From the IMG/VR virus record IMGVR_UViG_3300032254_000001, positions 160,001-224,000 of that record: a DNA stretch of 64,000 nucleotides; one strand, 5' to 3'. This DNA is from a virus (Duplodnaviria; Caudoviricetes). Positions 48,185 to 58,292 of this stretch are shown here, piece after piece; positions within the stretch are counted from its first letter, which is position 1, and each line of letters opens with the position of its first letter. The position numbers and the translations under genes were made by a program. The notes beneath the pieces are model-generated. The model was not told where the DNA came from and ran no database searches. It saw only the letters and a program-made list of their open reading frames with translations.

Positions 48185-48262
48185 TCATTGCATTGCTAAG
48201 TGTCCGGAATGTAGCGGATCAAATCCGCCGGACACTAAACCTATTCCATCACTGTTGTCCAT
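48185..48262 (-). pseudogene. 25-codon relic of a HIGH-motif cytidylyltransferase
   Basis: MDNSDGIGLVSGGFDPLHSGHLAMQ*. Confidence 0.75.
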
Positions 48263-49022
48263 AATCTCGTTTGCTCTTGTTGAGCCACGGCAATACTAAA
48301 TCACGCTGTCTAACATGGCCGCAGCGGTTAATACTTTCTTCTGCACTAGATGGTAGTAGACCTTTTTCTGCAAGGTCTACCCACTTAGTAGTACGAGGGT
48401 CCATAGGTTCGTGCGATGACTTATACACCATTGCATGTATCCAGGGGTCTTCGTAGTTCTTTTTAAAGAAGCCTGCATTACAATCAAAACCCGACATTGC
48501 AAGCATATGAATTAGACTCACTAATGTGTAGTTAAAGAATTGTCCGTCAAGCTGATCGAACTCTTGTTTATGATATACCACGTTTGTAGTCTGTGGCACT
48601 ACTATACAAAGCATGCCATCGTCCTTTAACATCTTGTGAAAGTTTGCAAGTGTGTTGAGAGGGTTAACTGCATACTGGAATGCATCATGACACCACAACA
48701 CATCGTATTCGTTTGTTTTAAACGGATCCTTTTCGAAGTCGTGCCTTTCATATCTAATGTTGTGATGTGTTATTGCAGATTTCAACTCAGGTAAAGTATC
48801 GATGCCTGTGCATTTAATATCTAACGGGATAGGATTGTCGTCGTCATCGTCGATAGTACGTGTTGCCCACCATTCTAAATCTTTACCGGTGCCGCAACCT
48901 ACATCACAAAGTGTATCAATACTTCGCATGAAATCAATATAGTTTGATAATAGTTCAAGTGTTTCTAACGCATGTTCGTGGCTTGCATCCGGTGATGGAA
49001 AAGCAATTGGATTGCCTAACAT
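48249..49022 (-). CDS. class I SAM-dependent methyltransferase
   Basis: LCDVGCGTG, GID, YDVLWCHD. Confidence 0.85.
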   Translation of the reverse strand: MLGNPIAFPSPDASHEHALETLELLSNYIDFMRSIDTLCDVGCGTGKDLEWWATRTIDDDDDNPIPLDIKCTGIDTLPELKSAITHHNIRYERHDFEKDPFKTNEYDVLWCHDAFQYAVNPLNTLANFHKMLKDDGMLCIVVPQTTNVVYHKQEFDQLDGQFFNYTLVSLIHMLAMSGFDCNAGFFKKNYEDPWIHAMVYKSSHEPMDPRTTKWVDLAEKGLLPSSAEESINRCGHVRQRDLVLPWLNKSKRDYGQQ

Positions 49023-49031
49023 TAATGCTCC

Positions 49032-49487
49032 TTAGACGCTGATGTCTTCTAAACCTGCTGTACGCAAGCGAGTAATATGTCCTAGCTGGAAGTTCTTAGA
49101 TTCTAATGCTTTTAATATTCCAAGGTACTTGTTACGAAGTAATGCAACTTCGTTTATTAATACTTCTTCGTCGATTATATCATCTTCGGCATCTGCATAT
49201 ATCTGAGCGTCACGACTTGTTAGTGCTTTAGCATAACCCTCAAGATATTTCTTATAATGTTTGTGCCTTGTCTTCCTAAGCTGTACATTTAAAAAGTTAA
49301 GCAGTGCTTCAACTTCTTGTAATTGATTAAAACGATGCTCAGTGATACCTGGCAGGTCTCGGAGTTGTTTCTCGACACTTCCGTGTATCTTTACATCGTC
49401 CCTTGCAGTCTCTAACTCCCTTTCATAATATAATATGAAATTAGGAAGAAGAGCTAGATTAACTACAACCTGATTGTATCGAACCAT
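49032..49487 (-). CDS. uvsY: UvsY-like recombination mediator
   Basis: Y..ALTSRDAQIYADAE...LRNKYLGILKALESKNFQL; near uvsX. Confidence 0.75.
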   Translation of the reverse strand: MVRYNQVVVNLALLPNFILYYERELETARDDVKIHGSVEKQLRDLPGITEHRFNQLQEVEALLNFLNVQLRKTRHKHYKKYLEGYAKALTSRDAQIYADAEDDIIDEEVLINEVALLRNKYLGILKALESKNFQLGHITRLRTAGLEDISV

Positions 49488-49490
49488 TGG

Positions 49491-49742
49491 TTAGCCCTCG
49501 ACGTGTTCGTCGCCCCATTCATCTTCCAGTTCTTCTTCGTCGAAGTGTTCTTCATCTGCAAGATCTCGTAGAGCTGATTTTAAATGACTATCAACACCAA
49601 ATGCAATTATTTCATTTGCGTCAATACCGTGCTCTAACAGCACATGCATAAAGTCATCTGCTGCTGCATCTACATCACCACCTAGTAAATGTGGTTTTAA
49701 TTCTTTCCAAATTTGTAAAAGTATTTCTATATCGTGTTCCAT
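49491..49742 (-). CDS. small acidic conserved protein
   Basis: 83 aa; GAGA SD. Confidence 0.7.
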   Translation of the reverse strand: MEHDIEILLQIWKELKPHLLGGDVDAAADDFMHVLLEHGIDANEIIAFGVDSHLKSALRDLADEEHFDEEELEDEWGDEHVEG

Positions 49743-49759
49743 TAAATCTTCTCTTATTA

Positions 49760-50497
49760 TTATATTGTTACGTCTTCACCGCGGAGACGTGCTTGTATGT
49801 GTGCTGGATGCAACGATACCCAATGATCGACATGGTCTGCTACGTCTTGGGTATGTGCAATGTGCAATGCATCGCATACGCATTTGAACTTAGTATTTAC
49901 TACATCCTGTAATAGGAAACAATGATCAACAAATTCGTTTGCAGATGCTGCTGTGTCTAAAACTTGTAAGCCGTTAACTGTGGTACTAGTCTTAAGTCGT
50001 TCATGGTATAACCAATCTGCGTAGCTACTTAGCTCTTTAGGAAAGTCGAATACATTTATTAACTCTTCTTTAATCCAGTCTGGCAATTTATCAAAGTCTT
50101 CAAAAGACGTGACCTCAGGCCAACTTGGATCTCCTACTGCTTTGTAGTTATGTATGACTTCTTCAACGAATAGGTCAAACATTCCGTTCGATTTATTAAA
50201 GAAAGCTGCGTTCTTGTAATGTGCTAAATCTATTTGGGTTTTTAAGTCAGTATACAAGCCTATTGAGGTTGCATCGTCATGTGGTTCTGGTCTGTTACAA
50301 TATAGTTTTATATCGTTTAATCGAAGCTCTGGGTCAAACAGACAAAAGGTTTCACTTTCCTTCCATCTAGATGGGTCTTGAATGTCCCAGTTCTCCTCTA
50401 TTAATTCTTTAACATCATACCCCAGGGCGAGCTGGAGGCTATAAAAAAACATAAAGCCGCCGCTGCCGCCACTGTAGTATATGCTATACCGACTCAT
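49760..50497 (-). CDS. hypothetical protein, possibly sulfotransferase-like
   Basis: YYSGGSGG N-terminal loop; GDPSWP..DF..LP..IKEE module. Confidence 0.45.
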   Translation of the reverse strand: MSRYSIYYSGGSGGFMFFYSLQLALGYDVKELIEENWDIQDPSRWKESETFCLFDPELRLNDIKLYCNRPEPHDDATSIGLYTDLKTQIDLAHYKNAAFFNKSNGMFDLFVEEVIHNYKAVGDPSWPEVTSFEDFDKLPDWIKEELINVFDFPKELSSYADWLYHERLKTSTTVNGLQVLDTAASANEFVDHCFLLQDVVNTKFKCVCDALHIAHTQDVADHVDHWVSLHPAHIQARLRGEDVTI

Positions 50498-51639
50498 TAC
50501 TTAGCGGTATCACCTTCCATAGACTCTGCCATTTGATCAACAACATCGTCTAAGTCAGCGTCAGATATATTATCTGGGTCGAACTTGTCATCAACTACTT
50601 CAAGTAGCTCTGCTTCGTCAGCCATAGCAATATCTGCCATCATTGTGTCTAAGCAACCGTCATCGTTCTTTTCCCATTTCTTGCGGAACTTTTTAATTAG
50701 TTCGCCTTCTTTGGTAATATAAACATAGCTGTTACCTTCTTTCTTAACAAGCTCTTTCTGCTCTGCTAAGTCAAATAAACCACTGTAAGGGTTCATACCA
50801 GTTTTATAAGGAATCTTAACCTGGATATTTTCAAACGGTTTTGCGTAACGAGTTTTCATTACCTTACAGCCTGCACGTATACCGTGAACTGCTGAAGTCT
50901 TGTTACCGTCTTCATCTTCCTTAAGCTTCATCTTCTTCATTGCAATTACAATTGATGATGCAAATATAAATCCGCGTCCACCACTTATAACTTCGTCTGG
51001 GTTGAACATATCCTGGCTTTCATATGTATGGTTAGTACATACCATGCCTACGTTATACGCACCAAACATGTTTACAGTGTTACGAACTAATGCTGTTAAT
51101 GCTTTAGGCTTACGACCTAAGTCACCTTTCATGTCACCGTCGTCAAACTGTTTAACGTCTGTTGGTGTTAATAACATGCCAAGCGAATCAACTACGAATA
51201 AAACCTTTGGTCTTTCTTCTTCGTCCATTGCTTTGTAGTCTTTCATGAACGTACTAATTGCTTTAGCTACGTCATCAATCATTGACATTGACAGTTTGAT
51301 TAACTTGTCTTCGCTTGTGTCAACACCTAATGCATGTAACCAAGTTTCGTCAAGTGCATTTTCAGTATCGATAAGAACAACAAAGATACCTTGTTCTTGT
51401 GCTGACTTTACAATGTTACCAGATGCAAAGTAAGATTTACCTGCGCCCGATTCACCTGCAAAAATTGTAACCTTACCTAGTGGAACACCTCTGTTGAAGT
51501 CTCCGCTAACAAGATAGTTTAATGCATAGTTACCTGTTGAGATCCAGTCTTTTGGATCGTGAAAGCCTGTTGAAAGGCCATCAATTGATTTTGTTATTGA
51601 TTTTCTAAATTTTGAAACGTCAAATGGCTTCGTGCTCAT
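50497..51639 (-). CDS. uvsX: UvsX/RecA recombinase
   Basis: AGESGAGKS, IDTENA, VVDSLG, TNHTY, SGGRG, KTR. Confidence 0.93.
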   Translation of the reverse strand: MSTKPFDVSKFRKSITKSIDGLSTGFHDPKDWISTGNYALNYLVSGDFNRGVPLGKVTIFAGESGAGKSYFASGNIVKSAQEQGIFVVLIDTENALDETWLHALGVDTSEDKLIKLSMSMIDDVAKAISTFMKDYKAMDEEERPKVLFVVDSLGMLLTPTDVKQFDDGDMKGDLGRKPKALTALVRNTVNMFGAYNVGMVCTNHTYESQDMFNPDEVISGGRGFIFASSIVIAMKKMKLKEDEDGNKTSAVHGIRAGCKVMKTRYAKPFENIQVKIPYKTGMNPYSGLFDLAEQKELVKKEGNSYVYITKEGELIKKFRKKWEKNDDGCLDTMMADIAMADEAELLEVVDDKFDPDNISDADLDDVVDQMAESMEGDTAK

Positions 51640-51649
51640 TTATGATCTC

Positions 51650-52543
51650 CTAAATATATAGTTCGCAATGATCATCATTAACTAAGTTTCTGTAGACTAT
51701 TTGTCTATAGTTAGTAATGTTATCCCATATGTTTGTTAAATTACCTAAGTTTAAGTAATCTCCAGTTGGGACTCTATTGCGACTTTCACACCATGCTATG
51801 TACTCCTTACTCAATGGAATAGTTTGTGGTTGTGATAGATTAAGTTCTATTCTGCTTGATTGCGTGTCATGGTTGTTTTCATCTGGATACTCTAAATCCA
51901 TATCGTAAAATGCAAACTTGTTATACAGTGTCCTACCTTTAACATGGAATGAAACCTTTAAATTACAAATGTCGTTTGACATAACCGAATCGCCAAATTT
52001 ATTAGCAACTGAATAATATTCAGATTTGTTTCCTTCGAGGATAATACCTTTGAACGAAGCTTCTAACGCATGTATGTCTGTGTTAATCTTTTCGTACAAT
52101 TTAAGTTTGCCTCGTTGTTGCAATAGCCCAGACAAAGACACATCACGTATCTCGTCTGGGTATAGCTCATGCACTTTATCAAACTCAGCTCTAACAGCTG
52201 GATCTGTGTGCTTACGCATTGCATCAATGTTAAGTATAACTTCATGTGACAACGCCCAATCAGCATGGTATTTGTTTAGCAAAGCCTGATCGAGATACTC
52301 TTCTATCTGATAAACATCTAACTTCTTGCCGCGGTACAGATGTATGTACTCGTTAATACCAAGGATGGTATCTTGCAAGTTGTTTAATAATGTTGTGATA
52401 GTGTCGATGCTTGATCCAATCTTAGCAAAGTCGTTTATACTAGCTGAATTAACTTCTTGTATATAATACTCTACTAAGTTTGGATTTACTGCCGTAAACG
52501 GCAGTACATCTCCAGATCTCTTGAAGACTAAACTAAACTCCAT
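51650..52543 (-). CDS. hypothetical protein
   Basis: 297-aa ORF between gp32 and uvsX. Confidence 0.75.
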   Translation of the reverse strand: MEFSLVFKRSGDVLPFTAVNPNLVEYYIQEVNSASINDFAKIGSSIDTITTLLNNLQDTILGINEYIHLYRGKKLDVYQIEEYLDQALLNKYHADWALSHEVILNIDAMRKHTDPAVRAEFDKVHELYPDEIRDVSLSGLLQQRGKLKLYEKINTDIHALEASFKGIILEGNKSEYYSVANKFGDSVMSNDICNLKVSFHVKGRTLYNKFAFYDMDLEYPDENNHDTQSSRIELNLSQPQTIPLSKEYIAWCESRNRVPTGDYLNLGNLTNIWDNITNYRQIVYRNLVNDDHCELYI

Positions 52544-52549
52544 GTTAAC

Positions 52550-53581
52550 TTAGTCTGTCTGACGTGAACGAATCATTGCAAGAATGTCTTGCGCTTTCTG
52601 AGTGTTCGCTGCTGGCACTTCTTCTGTTGTTGCTGCTGCTTCAACTGGTGCTGCTTCAACTGGTGCTGCTTCAACTACAGGCTCTGTAACCGGTGCTACG
52701 TCGGCTTGTGCTGCTGTTTCAACTGTTGGTTCTACTGTTTCAGTAGCTGCTGGAGTTGTTGCTGCTGGTTTTGCTGCATCATCGCCGCCAGTTTTAGAAA
52801 CGCCTGGTGGAGTAAAGTATGCACCCCAACGCTCTAAGTCGTACGGTTCGCCTTCAACAGATGCTTCAAACATTTCACGTATAACCTTCTGAGCTTCTTC
52901 AGATGGCTTTGGTGGTAAGAAATCAGCTAAGTTGCTTAGTGAATGAGTTTCAATTGCTGCCGCTTCGTCATCAGTAAGTGCTGATTCTTTACGTGCCCAA
53001 CTTGAGTTAGTGTAATCTGCATATCCGCCTTTCATCTGCTTCATAATGCGGAAGTCTAAACCGGCATTAGTATCAGTTGGAAGGTTTTCAATTTCTGGAT
53101 CCATTAAGCTGTTCTTAATTAATGTAAAGATCTGTGGGCTAATCATGAAACGACGAATTGGGTTTTCTGGAGTTGGACCATTTTTAGGATCCTGGCGAAC
53201 AAAACCTTGGAATAAGTATGTACGTTTCTTCCAGTACTTACGTCCCATTTCTTCTAGTGAAGCATCTTTGAACCAACCACGTACTTCATCAAGTACTGCA
53301 TCTTTCTCGCCATACATTTCCATACATGGAACCTGAACTATGATGTTGCTTGAAGCTGTTGGATCGCCTTTAATACCATTGAATGGGAATTTAAACATCG
53401 CGCGTTCAACCCAAAAGTAAGGGTTATCTGTGTTACCGTCGTTTAAGAAACGAACAATAGCTGTATCACCTTCGTCGATGTTCCAGTGTGGATATACAGG
53501 GCCTTCGCCGTCTGTAAAAGTTTTGTTTTTCTTGTTGTCTTGTGCTGCTAAACGAGCACGAATATCTGCTAATGAGGCCAT
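52550..53581 (-). CDS. single-stranded DNA-binding protein (gp32-like)
   Basis: IVRFL.DG...FW, YWKKRTY, GLDFRI..KGGYADY..S.W; A/E-rich linker. Confidence 0.9.
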   Translation of the reverse strand: MASLADIRARLAAQDNKKNKTFTDGEGPVYPHWNIDEGDTAIVRFLNDGNTDNPYFWVERAMFKFPFNGIKGDPTASSNIIVQVPCMEMYGEKDAVLDEVRGWFKDASLEEMGRKYWKKRTYLFQGFVRQDPKNGPTPENPIRRFMISPQIFTLIKNSLMDPEIENLPTDTNAGLDFRIMKQMKGGYADYTNSSWARKESALTDDEAAAIETHSLSNLADFLPPKPSEEAQKVIREMFEASVEGEPYDLERWGAYFTPPGVSKTGGDDAAKPAATTPAATETVEPTVETAAQADVAPVTEPVVEAAPVEAAPVEAAATTEEVPAANTQKAQDILAMIRSRQTD

Positions 53582-53650
53582 AATAGTTTTCTCCTTGTAA
53601 TGTCCTAAATCTACCTAACTCTTCTCGAGCGTATAGAATATCTAACCTGA

Positions 53651-53777
53651 TACTACGCAACCTTCGCGGCGTGTTGTAGTATACGATTATTTATCATCGT
53701 TTTACGATAGTCGGAATTTTTAATTATAATAGTTGCGACTACCTGTGTATTATAAGGCATCGCAGGGAAAATTGCAA
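53651..53777 (-). promoter_or_regulatory. tandem early (53749-53777) and late (53688-53693) promoters plus 5' hairpin of the gp32 leader
   Basis: TTGCAA-N17-TATAAT; TAAATA; TACTAC..GTAGTA hairpin at 53651-53681. Confidence 0.7.
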
Positions 53778-53796
53778 GTGAAATGGCTTCCAAAAA

Positions 53797-53817
53797 TAAA
53801 ACGACTTTCGCCGTTTT
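53797..53817 (-). terminator. rho-independent terminator
   Basis: AAAACGGC-GAAA-GTCGTTTTATTT. Confidence 0.8.
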
Positions 53818-53842
53818 AAATTTTAAACATCTAGAGGAATGT

Positions 53843-55567
53843 TTATTTCTTTAAAAGGAAATTGGTACGTTGCATTAAATCTTTAAGATCAGTTTGATTG
53901 TCCATTGCAACATGTAATGGCATACCGGATTCGGTTACTTCTTCTTTTTCTTCAGCTTCATCGACTTCTTCAACAGCCTCATCGACTTCTTCAACTGCTT
54001 CGTCAATCGCTTCTTCGACTTCTGCTTCTGTCTCAGCGACATATTCTGTAAATGGTTTCATATTGATATCCTCATCATTTGATTCTTTTCGTATGTATGC
54101 GTCCACGTCTCTGTTAACACTAGCATGTAAATGGGTTTCATCGTCAGCATCAAGCTCGCTCTCTAACCCTTCCTGTACACCCTTTATTGCCATTTTAAGA
54201 TTTTGCATTACATTTGGGTTACTAAATTCTAATTTATTTCGAATAGCTTCTCTGATCCAATTGATAACAATCGGACGCGCATCAGCGTCTGGATCACTTT
54301 CAGCTACTTCAGATAATGCATCAAATAAATCATCGTCCCCAATAATATTGTATAATGCATCCGACGCATTCATTGCGTCAAGGCCGAGCGGTTGTTCAGT
54401 TGATAAAAATGCTCTAAGTGCTTTAACTTGTTTTGGTGTTTCTGGAACTGCCCAGGTACCTTCGACAATATTGTCTGCCCACTCTTCAAATTCCTTTATC
54501 TCATTCATGTCGTCGTCCCTGCCAGGATATGGCATTTCATCGTCATCATCGTCTTCCCAATCGCCTTGCTCCGGATGTGTATCTCCAGGAAATTGTTTAC
54601 CCTTAACTTCTTCTGGCCATTCAATCTGAGCTTCTGCCATCTTTTGCAATCTAGCTAATAAAGGTAACGCTTCTTCGGTACGTGTGTTGACTGTTTTCTC
54701 TGTGAATAATTTACGGATAGCTGATGTATCTGTGTCCATCTCTGTAATTTCAGATGGTTCCCAACCTTCCTTATATGTGCTGTAACCACGCTTGCCAGCT
54801 ATTTGCTTTAGGCCCTTACGTAGTGATGTATAATGTGTGCGGCCTGTTTCAACCAAAGCCATTGCTTCGTCGTTGCCTTCGTACATTTTTGAACGTCTAA
54901 CAAATCCGCCCAATGTGTTAATATCTTTAACCATTTCGCAGATGTGTATACCAAATAAATCGTAAGGATTACCGCCTTCGGTAACGTGGCGAGCCATTGC
55001 TCTAGCTCCTGTTAATTTGGTAAATGGTAATTTGAAACGTTCACCTGATGCATTTTCAATAAACAACGAACTGATGTTACGGAAACGCTTTTCGTCTTCG
55101 CCTAATGCTCTAGTATGTTTAATGATGATTTTAGCTTTGCCTTGTGGGCTGTAGCTTGTTTTGGATGTACCGTAATACCCTTCGAAGATATTGCGATAGC
55201 TTTCTGTAATGTCTGTTATATTAGATAAGTCGTACTTTAAATCTGATGTGTGTTTTAAACTAAAACCTAATCTGTTGCTACGAGCGTAGGTGCTTAAATG
55301 TTCTATTAAGTTCTCCCACTTTTTCTTAGCGTCTGGATCAAGTGACTTGCTGGTGTTGTCACCATAGTACACTTCAAGGTTATCCTTAGCACTTAATAAT
55401 ATTACAACTGGGCCGTAATTACGTGAGTTAACAAGAAAGTCAAAACTAAACATTTCAATTTCTTCCATGTCTGTTGTTTCTTTACCTGTTGAGTCTAGTG
55501 TTTTGATATCTGTATTATCGAACTTTGTGCCGAGAATGTTATACAATTTTTCTGCTACATTTTCCAT
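53843..55567 (-). CDS. large conserved protein with acidic C-terminus, candidate prohead core/internal protein
   Basis: VEEA.DE repeats, many [ILV]xE sites; leaderless late promoter 55573-55578. Confidence 0.6.
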   Translation of the reverse strand: MENVAEKLYNILGTKFDNTDIKTLDSTGKETTDMEEIEMFSFDFLVNSRNYGPVVILLSAKDNLEVYYGDNTSKSLDPDAKKKWENLIEHLSTYARSNRLGFSLKHTSDLKYDLSNITDITESYRNIFEGYYGTSKTSYSPQGKAKIIIKHTRALGEDEKRFRNISSLFIENASGERFKLPFTKLTGARAMARHVTEGGNPYDLFGIHICEMVKDINTLGGFVRRSKMYEGNDEAMALVETGRTHYTSLRKGLKQIAGKRGYSTYKEGWEPSEITEMDTDTSAIRKLFTEKTVNTRTEEALPLLARLQKMAEAQIEWPEEVKGKQFPGDTHPEQGDWEDDDDDEMPYPGRDDDMNEIKEFEEWADNIVEGTWAVPETPKQVKALRAFLSTEQPLGLDAMNASDALYNIIGDDDLFDALSEVAESDPDADARPIVINWIREAIRNKLEFSNPNVMQNLKMAIKGVQEGLESELDADDETHLHASVNRDVDAYIRKESNDEDINMKPFTEYVAETEAEVEEAIDEAVEEVDEAVEEVDEAEEKEEVTESGMPLHVAMDNQTDLKDLMQRTNFLLKK

Positions 55568-55587
55568 GCAAGTATTTACCTTAGAAG

Positions 55588-57171
55588 TTAGAACATCGCA
55601 ATGAATGGCATCGGTTCAACGACGTCATCACCGTAATCACGTAGTTGGCCAGTTAGCTCTTTGTGATAATCTTTTAGTACTGCGAACATGCGAATAGTTA
55701 GTAATAGTGACATAACTAAGTCATCGTGTTCGCCTGGTTTTGCAGCAAAGCTCGCGCCTAGTGCTACAAAGTGTTTGAATTCAGTTATTAATGGCTTACT
55801 ACTAACTGTCATCTTTTTAGTTTCAACTAAGTTCTTTAACTTAGCACATGCTGAAATCTTACTTTTGTTTGTTGTGTTAAAACCTTTGCGGTAACGTCTA
55901 TTAGTTGTACCGCTACCGCGCAACTTAGGCTCACTTAAAAATACGCCTGCGATGTTTTGTTCGCCGTATTCATCTATGCTTATAAGTGCGGCTTCGCCTA
56001 GTGTATTATTCTCTACACTGTAATACACATTATTTGTGTTCTGACATTTGTCTGACACTTCCTTAACAATATCCGCAAAGACTCGTATCTGCATGGGTAT
56101 AGGAGTTTTGTTGTGCTTCCACTCCGCGACTTGCTTAGTAGTGTTAGCTTCGAATACTTGAATGGCTGCTGGGTCTCCACCCGTGCCGAGGCTCGGGTCT
56201 AATGCCACTGTGTAAATCTTTCCGGGCTTCGGTTCTGAGTACCAGCGTACCTGGCCGGACTTGCGAATAGGTTCAACTCCGGCCATTTCAATTAGTGTTG
56301 TTGCCGCGATAAGTGTTTCGTCGAAGATTAAGAATTCGTTTAAATGCTCACGACGGAAACGTTCTTCGCCTATACGCCCCTTCTCTTCTTCAGCCCATTG
56401 GTCGTCGCGATCAGGATGTGCTTTCCAGTCAGCTTCATATGCTTTGAAACCGTTCTGTCCAAGGCCGCCTTCGCGCTCGTTACCGTATTCGTCTTCTGTT
56501 TTGTTTGCGCCTTTCCATAATAATGCAAACTGATCTTCATCACTGTTCGGTGTTGAAGTAATAATTGCACCGCCACCTGTTGATAGTGTAGGAGATATTG
56601 ATGTCCAAAATTCTTTCGCAATGTTAGGTCTTACAAATGCAAATTCGTCTAAGTACAATAATGTAATAGACATACCACGTCCAGTGTTTTCTGTCGTTGC
56701 CTGTGCAACTATACGTGAGCCATTGTCAAACTCCATCGATCCTTTATTATACGATGTCACACCCGCTCGGATGTGGTCTGGACATAATTCATATGCATAG
56801 CGAATACGCTGCATAATTTCTTGCACACCACTATACTTGTGGGCTGCAATAAGGATTGTGCTATCAGGTTTGAACATTGCGTACCATAGAAGATAGCCTG
56901 CCGCGGTGGTTGTTTTACCAGTTTGCCTACTAAGTAGGTTAATGCTAAAACGATAGTTTACATAACTGTCTATTAATCCCTTTTGGAATTCATATGGATT
57001 GTATTGTAACCTACCTTCAAGAGGGTGTTGGATATAGAAAAAGTGCGTTAAGAAATACATTGGACCGGTGTCGGGGTCTGCACATTTTGCAAAATCAAAC
57101 AGATGTTGCTCATCATAATGAGCTTTGCTATGTGCTTTCTTTACTAATACACCTTCTAGTGATTTGGACAT
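55588..57171 (-). CDS. terminase large subunit (gp17-like)
   Basis: SRQTGKTT, LYLDEFAF, ITSTPN, ALDPSLG, HDDLVM. Confidence 0.96.
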   Translation of the reverse strand: MSKSLEGVLVKKAHSKAHYDEQHLFDFAKCADPDTGPMYFLTHFFYIQHPLEGRLQYNPYEFQKGLIDSYVNYRFSINLLSRQTGKTTTAAGYLLWYAMFKPDSTILIAAHKYSGVQEIMQRIRYAYELCPDHIRAGVTSYNKGSMEFDNGSRIVAQATTENTGRGMSITLLYLDEFAFVRPNIAKEFWTSISPTLSTGGGAIITSTPNSDEDQFALLWKGANKTEDEYGNEREGGLGQNGFKAYEADWKAHPDRDDQWAEEEKGRIGEERFRREHLNEFLIFDETLIAATTLIEMAGVEPIRKSGQVRWYSEPKPGKIYTVALDPSLGTGGDPAAIQVFEANTTKQVAEWKHNKTPIPMQIRVFADIVKEVSDKCQNTNNVYYSVENNTLGEAALISIDEYGEQNIAGVFLSEPKLRGSGTTNRRYRKGFNTTNKSKISACAKLKNLVETKKMTVSSKPLITEFKHFVALGASFAAKPGEHDDLVMSLLLTIRMFAVLKDYHKELTGQLRDYGDDVVEPMPFIAMF

Positions 57172-57212
57172 AGTTGTATTTACTCCAAAATCACAATTAC
57201 GGACAAAATGTT

Positions 57213-58223
57213 TTAGGGTTTACCGCATGAATCCTGGCATATAACTAACATTCCGTCGTCAAAAGAGCTATGCTGCCATGTATTAGCAACATCATCGAAC
57301 CATTTAATGCAATCTACTAGACTATTTTCTATTGCATTGTTATTGGCAACCATGTGCTTGAATTGGTTGTTTGCTGCACTGTGATAGCCTGATTCGTATG
57401 TCTTAGGCTCAAAACCTAAGTAACAACACGGATATACATCGCCTTGCGCTGATATATAAATCTCTTTGCGTCGTTGTGCTTCGCAGTCAATCTGCTTACA
57501 TTCTTTTCCATTTGTTATATCTTCAAGCAATATAACGTTCTCTTGTTTAAACTGTTGCAATTCTTCTACAGTAGTAAAGTTAAGTGGTGAATCATCAGTA
57601 CCGTCTATGTCACACACCTTACCATCTTCATTGAACACTGGCAAGTGACCTCTAGTGTTCTTAATTGCTTTAAACTCAGTAAACCCAATTCGCAATAAGA
57701 ATAGTTTTAATTTGTGTTCTTGTGTTGCATTGTGCTTGAACTGTATAAACTGACAATGAGCTTCGCCGCCAGCTTTTATATATGCTTTGGCATTTTTAAG
57801 TACGGTATTAAATGAAGTGCCGCGCCTGTATATTTCATGTGTACCAAAGATACCATCAATGTCAAACGATACAATAACACCTAGTGTTCCTAGTTCTTCC
57901 CAAAACTCTACCTTCTGTGCTGATGCATTGGTACTAATATTAATTACTATGTCTGGGTTTTCTGATTTCATCCATTTAATAATATCAATACTATGCGGGT
58001 TCATTACAAAGTCACCAAAGTTACCATTGATTCTAAGATTCGTTATTTGTTGTAGGAAGTTATCTTTAAAGATTGATTTAATGTCTGCTAGTGTTAAGTT
58101 ACGTTCGATATATCCGCCGTTGAACTTCTGCCCGTAAAAGTTGCGTGGGCAGCCAGGGCACTTTGCATTGCAATACGAACTTAGTTCTAGGTGTATTTTG
58201 CTAACTGTGTCTATGTTGAACAT
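57213..58223 (-). CDS. radical SAM protein with C-terminal Twitch/SPASM-like domain (start probably MFNID, 58223)
   Basis: CNAKCPGC, NGNFGD, YISAQGDVYPCCY...C...C; TAAGTA 5 nt before ATG. Confidence 0.88.
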   Translation of the reverse strand: MFNIDTVSKIHLELSSYCNAKCPGCPRNFYGQKFNGGYIERNLTLADIKSIFKDNFLQQITNLRINGNFGDFVMNPHSIDIIKWMKSENPDIVINISTNASAQKVEFWEELGTLGVIVSFDIDGIFGTHEIYRRGTSFNTVLKNAKAYIKAGGEAHCQFIQFKHNATQEHKLKLFLLRIGFTEFKAIKNTRGHLPVFNEDGKVCDIDGTDDSPLNFTTVEELQQFKQENVILLEDITNGKECKQIDCEAQRRKEIYISAQGDVYPCCYLGFEPKTYESGYHSAANNQFKHMVANNNAIENSLVDCIKWFDDVANTWQHSSFDDGMLVICQDSCGKP

Positions 58224-58257
58224 GCTGGTACTTATAAGTGAAGATGCAGGACTCAAT

Positions 58258-58280
58258 AAAAAACAGCCCGAGAGCTGTTT
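58258..58280 (-). terminator. rho-independent terminator
   Basis: AAACAGC-TCTCGG-GCTGTTTTTT. Confidence 0.85.
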
Positions 58281-58292
58281 CTTAATTACTAT

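Noticed and set aside
48199-48236. 9-bp inverted repeat as a terminator or ncRNA
   Set aside because: Falls inside the cytidylyltransferase relic codons (VSGG...SGH) and has no U-tract
17154-57171. Introns or inteins in nrdA, nrdB, helicase, UvsX, UvsW and terminase
   Set aside because: All are continuous ORFs of normal length with motifs at normal spacing
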